Shown piece after piece: positions 1 to 10,279 of a stretch of DNA of 64,000 bases. The stretch is from Terriglobia bacterium (lineage in GTDB: Bacteria > Acidobacteriota > Terriglobia > Acidiferrales > UBA7541). The notes under the pieces are model-generated. The model was given only the letters and a program-made list of their open reading frames with translations. It was not told the origin of the DNA and did no database searches. The translations under genes and the position numbers were made by a program. The stretch spans positions 2,304,001-2,368,000 of the forward strand of contig OY968796.1 in the NCBI GenBank assembly GCA_963695545.1, written 5' to 3'. How positions within the stretch are numbered: position 1 is the first letter of the stretch; every line of letters starts with the position of its first letter.

Positions 1-289
1 ACGGCCGGGCGTCGAGTCCCGCGGCGAGATTCAACACAAGGTCCGCCCCTTCCCGGATTTCGCGCGAGATGAACTGGTCAAAAAGATAGGTCCGCGCTAC
101 CCAAGCCCACTCATGTTTGTTTCCCTGAGCCAGGTTGTTGGCGATTTGAAATCCGCGTTCGCCGGCGAGGCGCTCGGCGAAAGGATCGCGGAACAGCGCG
201 TCTGGCCGCTGCGTTTCGCGGGCGCGAAAATACGCAACCCATCGCGCGGTATCGGATATGTTGCGAACGGAAGAGTTCGTGTCGTCCAT
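1..289 (-). CDS. SAM-dependent methyltransferase, LCM/TIGR00027-like (5' part; runs off window start)
   Basis: Not in ORF track. Manual translation from ATG at 289: MDDTNSSVRNISDTARWVAYFRARETQRPDALFRDPFAERLAG...ARTYLFDQFI...VLNLAAGLDARP, with the family motifs DPFAERLAG and LAAGLDAR. Confidence 0.85.
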   Translation of the reverse strand, partial: MDDTNSSVRNISDTARWVAYFRARETQRPDALFRDPFAERLAGERGFQIANNLAQGNKHEWAWVARTYLFDQFISREIREGADLVLNLAAGLDARP

Positions 290-728
290 ACGCGAGCGCC
301 CCAGAATGTCAAGAGAAACATTATGACGTAGAGTGCGAATTGCGGAACAGGAAATTGTTCGATTCGATTGTGGAATATCCGATTGCCAACGATCATATTG
401 ATCGGCGGGGCTATGGGGTGGGCGTTGCAATTGACGAAAGAAGTTTGGTAGGGAACTCATTGCATACGATTCCACGACAGCGCTTGATCCGAAGCAGGGG
501 AGCGGGATTGTGTTGATAAGGAATTGTCCGCGCGCCCGTGCCGAGAAAGCGCTCAAGAAGGCCCAAAATCTTGGTAACATTCCTAGATTGAGCATCTTAC
601 GGTACGTATGTAAGTTTCCTGATCGCCATATTATGGTAGGCTGATTGCGTTCTGGGTCGTCGGGTCATTTTCGAAAACTTGCTTAGCTTCGCGCCGCGCA
701 GCCAGATGACGTGAGATCCGGGCACAAG

Positions 729-1982
729 ATGGAGGCTCGAACCACTGTGGAACCAACGATTCTCATTGCGACTACCCAGCGCTGGATCTCGACCGCCCGG
801 CTGGCGGTCGCGCTCGCTGACGCCGGGTTTACCATTGATGCTGTCTGCCCGCCTCGTCACCCACTAGCCGGGACCGGCGTGGTGCGAGACACATATCGGT
901 ATCGCGGCCTGTCGGGCGTGACGTCCATCGCCGATGCAATCGCGGCTTCAAAACCGGACTTGATCGTTCCCGGAAACGACTTGGCGACCCAGCAACTGCA
1001 CCTTCTGTACGCTCGCGAGCAGCAGAATGGTGCCGCCGGCGCGCCGATTTGCGCGCTGATCGAGCGTTCGCTCGGAGCTGCGAAGAATTTTGCACTTGCT
1101 TACGCGCGGACCAAATTTATGGATCTGGCCCAGGAAGAGGGCATCCGCACTCCGAACACGGAAGTCATTAGCGACATCAGCGACCTCAAGAAGTGGATCG
1201 GTCACTCGGGTCTTCCCACGGTCCTGAAAGCGGACGGCACTTCGGGAGGCGACGGAGTGAGAGTCGTCCGGACCTTGGAAGAAGCCGAACGGGCGCTGCG
1301 GATTCTCCAAGCCCCTCCGCTTGTGGCGCGGGCGGCGAAGCACGCTTTGATCGATCAGGACCTGACGATGGTTTGGCCCACGCTGCTTCGGACGCGCTCC
1401 GTCGTGAATGCCCAATCATTTGTTGCGGGGCACGAAGCAACCAGCGTAGTCGCTTGTTGGGAGGGGGAGGTATTGGCTGGCCTCCATTTTGAAGTGATCA
1501 AGAAACTTCATGCCACTGGCCCGGCCACCGTTCTGCGCCTGACCGAGCACTCCGAGATGTCGACCGCTGCCGAAAAAATGGTGCGCCGCCTTGGCTTATC
1601 GGGAGTGGTCGGGTTTGATTTCATGCTCGAGGCACAAACCGGAAACGCTTATCTAATCGAAATAAATCCTCGATCGACTCAAGTGGGGCACCTGGCGCTG
1701 GGCCTCGGACGCGATATTCCCGCGGCGCTGTTCTCGGCCGTGTCCGGACAGCCTATCCGCCCCGCACCGAAAGTCACGGAATACGACACGATCGCTCTTT
1801 TCCCGCTGGAATGGATTAGAGACTCGGCCAGTTCTTTTCTTCAATCTTCCTATCATGATGTTCCGTGGGACAGACCCGAACTGATTCGCGCCTGCGTCCG
1901 CGCACGCCGGAAACAGCGCGCCTGGTATTCCCAGCAGGGTCGCCTTCAGGCCTTTTCGGTGGCGCGCCCTCCTCGCGTATGA
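729..1982 (+). CDS. ATP-grasp domain protein
   Basis: Motifs PTVLKADGTSGGDGV, GFDFM and LIEINPR; ATG 729 chosen over GTG 711. Confidence 0.8.
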   Translation: MEARTTVEPTILIATTQRWISTARLAVALADAGFTIDAVCPPRHPLAGTGVVRDTYRYRGLSGVTSIADAIAASKPDLIVPGNDLATQQLHLLYAREQQNGAAGAPICALIERSLGAAKNFALAYARTKFMDLAQEEGIRTPNTEVISDISDLKKWIGHSGLPTVLKADGTSGGDGVRVVRTLEEAERALRILQAPPLVARAAKHALIDQDLTMVWPTLLRTRSVVNAQSFVAGHEATSVVACWEGEVLAGLHFEVIKKLHATGPATVLRLTEHSEMSTAAEKMVRRLGLSGVVGFDFMLEAQTGNAYLIEINPRSTQVGHLALGLGRDIPAALFSAVSGQPIRPAPKVTEYDTIALFPLEWIRDSASSFLQSSYHDVPWDRPELIRACVRARRKQRAWYSQQGRLQAFSVARPPRV

Positions 1983-2037
1983 AGGTTCCAGCCAATCACA
2001 GCCGAAAAGGTTATAGTGCTGGCGAGCCGGAGGAGAC

Positions 2038-2805
2038 ATGAAAGGCGTAGTGCTCGCGGGCGGAACAGGCAGTCGGCTAAGTCCGCTCACTCGAGTTACG
2101 AACAAGCATCTACTCCCCATCTACGACAAGCCCATGGTGTATTACCCCATTCAGACTTTGGTCAACGCGGGAATAGAAGAGATTCTTCTTGTTACGGGCG
2201 GCAAGAATGCGGGCGATTTTCTGCGCTTATTGGGAAATGGCCGCGATTTCGGCTTGAAACACTTGAATTACACATATCAGGAAGGTGAAGGCGGAATCGC
2301 CGAAGCGCTCGCTTTGGCCGAGTATTTTGCTGCTGGAGAACCGATCTGTGTTATCCTCGGCGACAACATTATCGAGAACAACATTCGAGCAGCCGTGGAA
2401 CATTTCGAGTATCAACAAGAAGGCGCAAAGATTCTTCTCAAAGAAGTGGTTGATGCGCATCGATTCGGCGTGGCCGAAATTCGCGGCGAGCGTGTTGTGG
2501 GTATCGAGGAGAAACCCAAGGCGCCGAAATCCAACTGTGCCGTCGTCGGAATCTATCTTTATGACGCAACCGTGTTCGAAAAAATCCGGCGCTTGAAACC
2601 ATCGGGGCGCGGCGAACTCGAAATCACCGACGTCAACAATTTCTATATCGAAGAGGGCAAACTCACCTACGAACTGCTCGACGGTTGGTGGACCGACGCC
2701 GGAACATTCGAGTCACTGTTGCGCGCCAACACCTTGGTGGCCGAAACCGGCGCCAACAATATGGTGGCTACACGCACGAAGCCTCGTGAGCGAGGCGCGC
2801 GATGA
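2038..2805 (+). CDS. rfbA: Glucose-1-phosphate thymidylyltransferase (short form)
   Basis: GVVLAGGTGSRLSPLT, LLPIYDKPM, RGELEITD, WWTDAGT; GGAG RBS. Confidence 0.92.
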   Translation: MKGVVLAGGTGSRLSPLTRVTNKHLLPIYDKPMVYYPIQTLVNAGIEEILLVTGGKNAGDFLRLLGNGRDFGLKHLNYTYQEGEGGIAEALALAEYFAAGEPICVILGDNIIENNIRAAVEHFEYQQEGAKILLKEVVDAHRFGVAEIRGERVVGIEEKPKAPKSNCAVVGIYLYDATVFEKIRRLKPSGRGELEITDVNNFYIEEGKLTYELLDGWWTDAGTFESLLRANTLVAETGANNMVATRTKPRERGAR

Positions 2806-3851
2806 AGATTCTAGCGACCGGCGGTGCCGGATTTATCGGCTCCAATTTTATCCGCTACATTCTTGGACTCAGCCGCGGATACGCTGTCGTCAACTTCGAT
2901 AATCTGACTTACGCGGGGAACCTGGCCAATCTCGATTCGCTCGCATCAAGCTCCCAATATAAATTCATTAAAGGAGATATCCTCGATGCTGCCGCGGTGG
3001 AAGCCGCGATGGCCGGCTGCGATGCCGTCGTTCACTTTGCCGCGGATTCCCATGTTGATCGAAGCATTTACGAGCCGGCGGTATCGATCGAGACCAACGT
3101 AAAGGGCACATTCATTTTGCTGCAAGTCGCGCGCAGACTGAAAATTGCCCGCTTCGTTCACATTTCCACCGATGAAGTGTATGGCGACATGCCGCAGGGT
3201 GCTTTCGCGGACGAAGACTCACCTCTGCGGCCGAGCAGCCCCTACTCCTCGACCAAGGCCGCGGGGGATTTGCTCGTGCGCTCTTACGTGCGCACCTATG
3301 GATTTCCCGCTCTCATTACGCGTTCGTCGAATAACTACGGCCCGTATCAGTTTCCAGAAAAATTCCTGCCGCTCATGATTACCAACGCCCTGGACGACAA
3401 ACCGCTGCCAATCTATGGCGATGGAAAACAACAGCGCGACTGGCTTCATGTCGAGGACAATTGCCGCGGCATTCTCGCGGTGCTCGAACGAGGGCGTGTG
3501 GGCGAGGTTTACAACATCGGCGGCCGCGAGGTCGAAGAAAACCTCACCATGGCACGTCGAATACTTCGGCTAACTGGCAAACCCGAATCGTTGCTTTCCT
3601 ACGTGTCGGACCGCCCCGGCCATGATCGGCGCTACGCGTTGAAATGCGACAAGATCGAGCGAGCATTGGGTTGGAAGCCTGCCATTTCTCTTGACGACGG
3701 CTTACGTCAAACAATTGATTGGTATGCGAAGAGTACGGAATGGCTGGCCGGAGTCCGCGGCGGAGAGTATCGGTCCTACTATGAGAAGTACTACGACAAG
3801 CGCGATTCCTCGCTGCACGCCATCGCACATCCAGGGGCGAAGGCTCGCTAG
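2802..3851 (+). CDS. rfbB: dTDP-glucose 4,6-dehydratase
   Basis: TGGAGFIGSNF, SHVDRSI, STDEVYG, YSSTK, RDWLHVED, DRPGHDRRY; ATGA overlap with rfbA. Confidence 0.95.
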   Translation: MKILATGGAGFIGSNFIRYILGLSRGYAVVNFDNLTYAGNLANLDSLASSSQYKFIKGDILDAAAVEAAMAGCDAVVHFAADSHVDRSIYEPAVSIETNVKGTFILLQVARRLKIARFVHISTDEVYGDMPQGAFADEDSPLRPSSPYSSTKAAGDLLVRSYVRTYGFPALITRSSNNYGPYQFPEKFLPLMITNALDDKPLPIYGDGKQQRDWLHVEDNCRGILAVLERGRVGEVYNIGGREVEENLTMARRILRLTGKPESLLSYVSDRPGHDRRYALKCDKIERALGWKPAISLDDGLRQTIDWYAKSTEWLAGVRGGEYRSYYEKYYDKRDSSLHAIAHPGAKAR

Positions 3852-3938
3852 ATTTGGAGACTTTCTGGGTTGGGTTCCCGCGAGGATTGCGAGACGTCCA
3901 CCCGCCACCGCCCCAAGCGCTAAGGAGGAATATATTCG

Positions 3939-4499
3939 TTGCAGCGAATCGAGACAAGTCTGCCGGGAGTTTTGGAACTGCGTCCCGAAATTTTCCGCGA
4001 TGAGCGCGGTTCTTTCATGGAAACGTATCACGCCCGAAAATTCGCTGCGTTAGGAATCGCCGGCGAATTCCCTCAAGACAACCAATCCAGATCTGTGAAG
4101 GGAACGCTGAGAGGTCTTCACTATCAGTTGCGTCACCCGCAGGCCAAACTTTGCCGGGTCCTGGAGGGCGAAGCTTTCGACGTGGTCGTGGACATTCGGC
4201 TCGGCTCGCCATATTTCGGTAAGTGGACAGCCCTCGTTCTTTCGGCGACGGAACAAAATCAGATTTACATTCCGCCCGGATTCGCACATGGCTTTCTTGC
4301 TCTAACCGAGGTGGTTGAATTCCTGTATAAGTGCAGCGATTTCTACGATCCGTCCGACGAACATGGATTACTTTGGACCGACCCCTCCCTGCGGATCCCA
4401 TGGGGCGTTGAGCACCCACTGGTCTCCGAAAAAGATTCGAAGTACCCCACCCTCGCCAGCGTGGCCCACGAGTTTCTTCCGCGGTTTCCCGGGAAATGA
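3939..4499 (+). CDS. rfbC: dTDP-4-dehydrorhamnose 3,5-epimerase
   Basis: DERGSFME, QDNQSRS, LRGLHYQ, PPGFAHGF; TTG start after AAGGAGG. Confidence 0.95.
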   Translation: MQRIETSLPGVLELRPEIFRDERGSFMETYHARKFAALGIAGEFPQDNQSRSVKGTLRGLHYQLRHPQAKLCRVLEGEAFDVVVDIRLGSPYFGKWTALVLSATEQNQIYIPPGFAHGFLALTEVVEFLYKCSDFYDPSDEHGLLWTDPSLRIPWGVEHPLVSEKDSKYPTLASVAHEFLPRFPGK

Positions 4500-5428
4500 A
4501 AGCCAAAATTCTTCTCATCGGCAAAAATGGCCAGGTCGGCGGAGAACTGCAGCGTCTGTTGCCTCGCCTGGGCGAAGTCGTTGCGCTCGATCGCCAGCAG
4601 CTGGATCTTGCGAAGCCGGACGAAATTCGCCGAGTGGTGCGCGAGGTCCGGCCTGGGTTAATCGTGAACGCCGCGGCCTACACCGCCGTTGATCAGGCCG
4701 AAAAGGAAGAGGCGGCAGCCCAGTCCATAAATGCTGCCGCCCCTGCGGTGCTCGCGGAGGAGGCGAAGAAAATAGGCGCGGCTCTCGTCCACTACTCGAC
4801 CGACTACGTATTCGATGGATCGAAGCGCACTCCCCACGAAGAGGACGATTCGCCAAATCCGATCAGCGTCTACGGCAGGACGAAACTCGCAGGTGAACAG
4901 GCCATCCGTGAAACTGGGGTACCACACCTAATTTTTCGCACGGAGTGGGTCTACGCGAGGCAGGGCCGGAATTTCCTGCTCACGATTCTGAGCCTCGCCG
5001 CAGAACGCGAGGAATTGAGAATCGTTTCCGATCAAATCGGCGCGCCCACGTCAAGCCGCGAAATCGCCCAAGCAACAACCGAAATACTCGCGCAAATTTC
5101 TGAGCCGCTTGCGAATCGACCTTCGTGGTCTGAAGTGAGCGGCACGTATCACATGACAGCTTCCGGAGAAACGACCTGGTACGAATTTGCGAGAGCGATT
5201 CTGGAGGAGGCATCGCAGGCGGATCGGACTGCGGCGTGGCTCGCGGCGGCCACCGGCGGGCGTCCGTTGATCGCGCAGCGAGTCGTCCCGATTAAATCCG
5301 AAGACTACCCGACGCTGGCCCGTCGCCCCGCTTATTCAATTCTCTCGAACGCTCGCCTCGCAAGGACGTTCGGCGTTCATCTTCCCGATTGGCGTACACA
5401 GCTGCGCCTGCTGGTCTGCGCCGTATAG
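4496..5428 (+). CDS. rfbD: dTDP-4-dehydrorhamnose reductase
   Basis: GKNGQVG, NAAAYTAVD, STDYVFDG, YGRTK, DQIGAPT. Confidence 0.95.
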   Translation: MKAKILLIGKNGQVGGELQRLLPRLGEVVALDRQQLDLAKPDEIRRVVREVRPGLIVNAAAYTAVDQAEKEEAAAQSINAAAPAVLAEEAKKIGAALVHYSTDYVFDGSKRTPHEEDDSPNPISVYGRTKLAGEQAIRETGVPHLIFRTEWVYARQGRNFLLTILSLAAEREELRIVSDQIGAPTSSREIAQATTEILAQISEPLANRPSWSEVSGTYHMTASGETTWYEFARAILEEASQADRTAAWLAAATGGRPLIAQRVVPIKSEDYPTLARRPAYSILSNARLARTFGVHLPDWRTQLRLLVCAV

Positions 5429-5536
5429 CGTCGTAGAAGTGGCAAGGTCGGGGAGCCTATTCGGGGCAGCGCACAGCATGCTCGCGTATGTGATCCGCGC
5501 AAGCTGTGCGAGCGATTCCAGAATCATCTTCCGGCG

Positions 5537-6613
5537 CTACGGGATACTGACGGTGGCAGTAGTTGAAAGGACGCTCTCGACGCCGGCGGCATCGACCGCC
5601 GTTACGGCGTATGTGTAGGTTTGGCCCGACGCCACGCCGAAGTCCTGATAGCTAAGCGATTGGTCGATCTCGCCGGTCAGTTTGGATAGCTGCGCGTTCG
5701 CACCGGTGCCGCGATAGACGTAATAGCCCACTACTACCGAAGGGCTGGGGCTCCAATTCAAACTCACTGAAGGCGTTCCGGCGGCGACGCCGGTGCCGGA
5801 CAGCGGAATCTGCAATTGCGGGGCGTTGCTTGCCACGACGACGCTGCCCGTCGCAAAGCCCGGCGTAGTCGGATCGAAGCTCACCATCACATCGACCGAT
5901 TGATTCGGCGCTAGCGTGACAGACGACCCGCCGCTGACGCTGAATCCAGGCCCTCCCGCGGTGATCGACGAGATACTGAGCGTCGAATTTCCCGAGTTCG
6001 TCAGCACGACATTTTGTGACAGGGCGACTCCAACAGTCGTGGTCGCAAACGTAATCGACGCGGGGTTTGCTGAGAGCTGAACGGCCGACGGGCCGACCGT
6101 TGCGCTTAGGCCGACCGTCGTCGGCGAACCCGCTGCGTTGCTGGTGATCGTCACAGTTCCGGAGGCGCCGCCGAACGTGGGCGATTCGAAGGTGATCGCA
6201 GCGTATGCACTCTGGCCGGCCAACAGAGTGAGCGGCAGTGAAAGCCCGGCCACGCCGAATCCACTTCCCGATGCAACAATCTGGGTGAGCGTCAAATTGG
6301 CTGACCCGATATTCGACAAGACGAGCGTCTGCGCGTAATTCACGCCCGCAAGCACATTGCCGAATGAAATCGATGACGGTGTCGCTTCAGGTGCCACGGG
6401 CAGCGCAGGAGGAGGCGCCGCTGCAACCTCTTGAGCCGAGGGCGCGCCCAACGAAGCCGTGGACGCTATGCAGCCCGAGAGGTTGATTATTCCAAGGACG
6501 AGAAGGCCCAGAAGAACTATGGAACCGAAAGATACGCCTCCCACAGTTTTCGATTTCTCTCGTTCGCATGCCGGGGTGGGCCTGCGAATGGAAGGACCTC
6601 TCAAAGTATCCAA
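5537..6613 (-). CDS. Lipoprotein with 2 ASH/choice-of-anchor-D Ig-like domains and C-terminal FN3-like domain (start uncertain)
   Basis: Hydrophobic signal ending LSGC; two PxSIxF...LxNxG repeats; VSLNW...GYYVYR...YTYAVTAVD tail. Confidence 0.8.
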   Translation of the reverse strand: MDTLRGPSIRRPTPACEREKSKTVGGVSFGSIVLLGLLVLGIINLSGCIASTASLGAPSAQEVAAAPPPALPVAPEATPSSISFGNVLAGVNYAQTLVLSNIGSANLTLTQIVASGSGFGVAGLSLPLTLLAGQSAYAAITFESPTFGGASGTVTITSNAAGSPTTVGLSATVGPSAVQLSANPASITFATTTVGVALSQNVVLTNSGNSTLSISSITAGGPGFSVSGGSSVTLAPNQSVDVMVSFDPTTPGFATGSVVVASNAPQLQIPLSGTGVAAGTPSVSLNWSPSPSVVVGYYVYRGTGANAQLSKLTGEIDQSLSYQDFGVASGQTYTYAVTAVDAAGVESVLSTTATVSIP

Positions 6614-6778
6614 AGTATCGGCGAACTGAGCGTCAGAGTCCAGTCTCTCGAAGCATGTGTTGTGGAAAAACTCGGGGGATGCTCGAGCCCCTCAAATCCA
6701 ATTTGCGCCGTCGTGACCTGACCGGGGTTTTTTGTACCAGCGGGAGTGAGAGAGAATTCACTCTGGAGGGAAGCTGGT

Positions 6779-7057
6779 ATGCCGATGAGGAGATACAAGC
6801 CGGAGCAGATCGTCACGCTGCTGCGGCAAGTTGAAGTTGAAATCGCCAACGGAAAGAGCACCCCACAAGCCTGCAAGGAAGCCGAGATCACCGCGCAGAC
6901 CTACTACCGCTGGCGGAAGGAATACGGCGGCCTGAAGTTGGATCAAGCGAAACGCCTCAAAGAGTTGGAGCGGGAAAACGCCAAGCTGAAACGGTTGGTG
7001 GCGGAGCTTTCGTTGGAGAAGCAAATTCTGAAGGATGTGGCAGAGGGAAACTTCTAA
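6779..7057 (+). CDS. IS3 transposase OrfA (HTH + leucine zipper)
   Basis: YKPEQIV...TYYRWRKEYGG...LKELERENAKLKRLVA. Confidence 0.93.
   Translation: MPMRRYKPEQIVTLLRQVEVEIANGKSTPQACKEAEITAQTYYRWRKEYGGLKLDQAKRLKELERENAKLKRLVAELSLEKQILKDVAEGNF
7045..7051 (+). other. -1 programmed frameshift heptamer G_GGA_AAC joining OrfA and OrfB
   Basis: X_XXY_YYZ motif just before the OrfA stop; the -1 frame is open into OrfB. Confidence 0.8.
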
Positions 7058-7080
7058 GCCCTGAGCGGCGACGTAGCGCG

Positions 7081-7923
7081 GTGGAGCATGCACGCGAGAG
7101 CTACCAAGTATCAGAGCGGCATGCCTGCCGGTTGCTGGGGCAGTGGAGAGGGACACAACGCTACGAGGTGATCCACCGAACGGATGAAGACGCGCTGACG
7201 CGAGACATCGTGGCGCTGGCCAGCGAGTACGGGCGCTTCGGCTATCGGAGGATCACGGCGCTGTTGCAAGCACGGGGCTGGTATGTGGGCAAGGATCGGG
7301 TGCAGCGGATCTGGCGGCGCGAAGGGCTGAAAGTGCCGCAGGGACAAAGGCCGCGAGGAAGGCTGTGGTTGAACGACGGATCGTGTGTTCGTCTCCGGCC
7401 GGAACGAGCCAACCATGTGTGGAGCTACGATTTCGTGAGCGCGATGACCCACGACGGCCGAACACTGCGAATGCTGACGCTGATCGACGAATACACGCGG
7501 GAGTGCCTGGCGATCCGCGTGGCGAGAAGGCTGGGGAGATACGAAGTGATCGAAGCGCTGGCGGACGTGATGCTTTACCGGGGAATTCCGGAACATATTC
7601 GCTCGGACAACGGCCCGGAGTTCGTGGCCAAGGAGCTGAGGAGTTGGCTGGCGAAGGTGGGAACGGGGACGCTGTACATCGAACCGGGAAGCCCTTGGGA
7701 GAATGGCTACTGCGAAAGCTTCAACGGGAAATTGCGCGATGAATGTTTGAACGGAGAGATTTTTTACTCGCTGAAGGAAGCGCAGATCGTGATCGAGAAA
7801 TGGCGGATGGTGTACAACACGCTGCGTCCGCACTCAGCGCTGGGCTACAGGCCACCGGCGCCGGTGGCCTGTAGCCCCTTGGTGCCGCCAATTCTCGGTT
7901 CGCCGTCGACGGCTGTGATGTAG
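7081..7923 (+). CDS. IS3 transposase OrfB (DDE/rve catalytic domain)
   Basis: GYRRI, WSYDF, IDEYTRE, RSDNGPEF, PGSPWENGYCESFNG, RPHSALGY. Confidence 0.95.
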   Translation: MEHARESYQVSERHACRLLGQWRGTQRYEVIHRTDEDALTRDIVALASEYGRFGYRRITALLQARGWYVGKDRVQRIWRREGLKVPQGQRPRGRLWLNDGSCVRLRPERANHVWSYDFVSAMTHDGRTLRMLTLIDEYTRECLAIRVARRLGRYEVIEALADVMLYRGIPEHIRSDNGPEFVAKELRSWLAKVGTGTLYIEPGSPWENGYCESFNGKLRDECLNGEIFYSLKEAQIVIEKWRMVYNTLRPHSALGYRPPAPVACSPLVPPILGSPSTAVM

Positions 7924-8282
7924 ACTCTCTCATTCACCGTGGTACAAAAACTCGGGCTGGTCAGTCGTAACATTCCTGTAACACAGCTCGCGCCTCGACT
8001 GCCGCGCGTTTCTTGCAAACGGCGGCGATTTCAGGCGGCGCTGTTCGTGTTTCCGGGTTATCGCCTGGCTCTTTCGTGATCCGGGCCGCGAGTGGCAGTC
8101 AGATTCTCGGAAGTGTCTGTGCAGAGAGGTTTGCGAATCCCAAGATCAGATTTAGGCGCGTCCGATTCAATTCAATTGCGCGTCCATTGTGTGGCAGCGG
8201 CGGCAGTACTGACGGGGGAACTTGACTGGGGCACAGCGCGAATCACGATCTGTGATCGTTGTCTGCTGTCGACGCGACGAAT

Positions 8283-9980
8283 CTAAGGGACGTTGGCCGT
8301 TGCTGGGGTCGAATACGTGCTTTCGACGTCGCTCGAATCAACCGCGGTGACAACGTAATAGTACGTCGTGCCGCCTTCAACCGACGTATCGTTATATTGC
8401 AAAGTCGAGGCCGGAGTGTTTGGGTTCAATTTCACATACCCTGAGCCTAGTGTTGTCGATCGATACGCGTAGTAACCGGTCACGTCCGGCGATACGCTGG
8501 CCGACCACGTCAGCGTAACCGACGGTTGGACGCCCGCGCCAGAGAGGGGAATCAGCAGCCCACCTGCGTTGCTTGTGATCGTGACGCCGGCGCCGGAGAC
8601 GGTCCCCAACGTCGTAGGATCGAACGTTACGGTCAGCGTGGCTGTTTGATTCGGCTGCAGGGTCAAACCATTGGATATTCCGCTGGCGCTGAATCCAGCA
8701 CCCACCGCGGATACGCCTGAGATCGTCACGTTCGAATTACCCGTGTTCGTGATCGTCGTCGGCATTGGAGTGCTGACGTTAAGGTTGGTGTTGCCGAACG
8801 TCAGACTCGTTGGGCTCGCACCTAACTGTGTGGTTGCCGCAATACCGGCTCCGCTCAGCGGGATCGTCAGCTGCGCGGGGGATCCGTTCGTTGCGAGAAC
8901 GATCGATCCGTTGACAGTTCCGCTGGTGGCGCCCGACGGCGTGTACACGGCGTTGAAAGTTGCGTTGCTGCCAGCAGCGATTGTCGTCGAGGTCGAAGGG
9001 CCTGTAACGCTGAAGCCGTTCCCTGTCACCGTGACTTGCGAGAATGCCAGCGTCGCGTTTCCGGAGTTACTGAGCATGATAGTTTGAGAATTGCTGCTTC
9101 CGACGACCACCGTGCCGAGGTTCGCAGACGTCGGGTTTGCCGAAGCCAACGGCTGAGTTCCTGTTCCGGTCAATGCGATTGTCGCTGGCGAGTTGGGCGC
9201 GTTGCTGCTGATCGAGATGTTTCCAGGGACGGTACCGCCGGCCGTCGGCGTAAATTTAGCCGTGAAGGTCGCGTTCAGGCCAGCGCCTATCACTTGACCC
9301 GCTGACAGACCGCTGATGCTGTAGCCTGTTCCCGAGACGCTGGCCACTGAAATTGTCAGCGATGCGTTTCCCGTGTTCGTGAGCGTAATCGTCTGCGGGT
9401 TGTTGGCGCCAACGGCGACGGTGCCAAAATTCTCACTAGTCGGACTGATCGTCAATTGAGCCTGAGTTTGTGTTGCCGTTCCGCTGAGAACAATCGTGAG
9501 GGGAGAGGCCGGCGCGCTGCTCGTAATCGTGATTGCTCCGCTCGGACTCCCGGCGGTGGTCGGCGCGAACACGGCATTGAACGACGCGTTTTGGCCGGCG
9601 GCGATAACCTGCCCTGCCGATAGGCCATTGACACTGTATCCGGCTCCCGAAGCGACCGCCGCTGATATCGTTACGCTGGCCGTACCGGTGTTCGTCAGCG
9701 TCACGGGTACGCTGGTGGTGGCGTTAATCAGAATGCTGCCAAAAGCGACGGTGGTCACGCTCGGCGTCAGCACCCCGACCGCGGGCGGCGGATCTTGCAC
9801 CTCTGCCTTTGTGCCTGACGCCGCGCTGGTGACTCCCGCGCAGCTCGACAGCCCTACCACCGCCAGCAGAAGTGCGAGAGGCGCGGTTAGGGCGAATAGG
9901 CCACGATAATTGCGTTCGCTGCGGGCCTTGACCGATGGGAAGACAATTGGGGAGTCCAGTCGCTGGGCCTGTGGTCTCAT
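8283..9980 (-). CDS. Lipoprotein with 4 ASH/choice-of-anchor-D domains and FN3-like tail
   Basis: Signal ending LSSC; four roughly 100-aa Thr/Ser/Gly-rich repeats (..FG..V.....TLTNTG); VTLTW...GYYAYRS...YYYVVTAVD. Confidence 0.85.
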   Translation of the reverse strand: MRPQAQRLDSPIVFPSVKARSERNYRGLFALTAPLALLLAVVGLSSCAGVTSAASGTKAEVQDPPPAVGVLTPSVTTVAFGSILINATTSVPVTLTNTGTASVTISAAVASGAGYSVNGLSAGQVIAAGQNASFNAVFAPTTAGSPSGAITITSSAPASPLTIVLSGTATQTQAQLTISPTSENFGTVAVGANNPQTITLTNTGNASLTISVASVSGTGYSISGLSAGQVIGAGLNATFTAKFTPTAGGTVPGNISISSNAPNSPATIALTGTGTQPLASANPTSANLGTVVVGSSNSQTIMLSNSGNATLAFSQVTVTGNGFSVTGPSTSTTIAAGSNATFNAVYTPSGATSGTVNGSIVLATNGSPAQLTIPLSGAGIAATTQLGASPTSLTFGNTNLNVSTPMPTTITNTGNSNVTISGVSAVGAGFSASGISNGLTLQPNQTATLTVTFDPTTLGTVSGAGVTITSNAGGLLIPLSGAGVQPSVTLTWSASVSPDVTGYYAYRSTTLGSGYVKLNPNTPASTLQYNDTSVEGGTTYYYVVTAVDSSDVESTYSTPATANVP

Positions 9981-10279
9981 CGCACGACCAGTTTAGGAAC
10001 GCCAAAGGGGCTTCATCTACTGGTCGGAGGACCGAAGAAAGGGCAGGTAGCTGCGCCTGTTCATGGCACCGCCGATAGCTGGTCTTGAGCGCGCGGCACG
10101 GGTATCCGCCAGGCGTCGGCGTGGGTCCGCCACGCGAAGAAACTAAATGACTTACGTTCGCATCTGAGGCGCGACTGACGGCGAAACTGCGTGATGCTTC
10201 GGCACCCGGCAGCACACGACGTCAGTCTGAATTCGTGGTAGACTCTGGGTATCGTCTCGATAAACCTGCCTTCACTGGT

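Larger units (their letters stand above)
6714..7963 (+). mobile_element. IS3-family (IS407 group) insertion sequence, 1250 bp
   Basis: Imperfect terminal IRs (IRL TGACCTGACCGGGGTTTTTTGTACCA; IRR reverse complement TGACCAGCCCGAGTTTTTGTACCA), TG...CA ends, 4-bp target duplication GTCG at 6710-6713 and 7964-7967. Confidence 0.95.

Noticed and set aside
97..396. 99-aa minus-strand ORF from the track
   Set aside because: Wrong frame; the real gene is the methyltransferase starting at 289
414..429. Possible sigma54 site TGGGGTGGGCGTTGCA
   Set aside because: Spacing is correct but the -24 element is poor and it is 300 bp from the gene
6661..6676. DnaA-box match (TTTTCCACA, minus strand) and an 11-bp match to the IS right end (AAAAACTCGGG)
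   Set aside because: Single box with no cluster or unwinding element; the match is about 40 bp from the insertion point and could be chance
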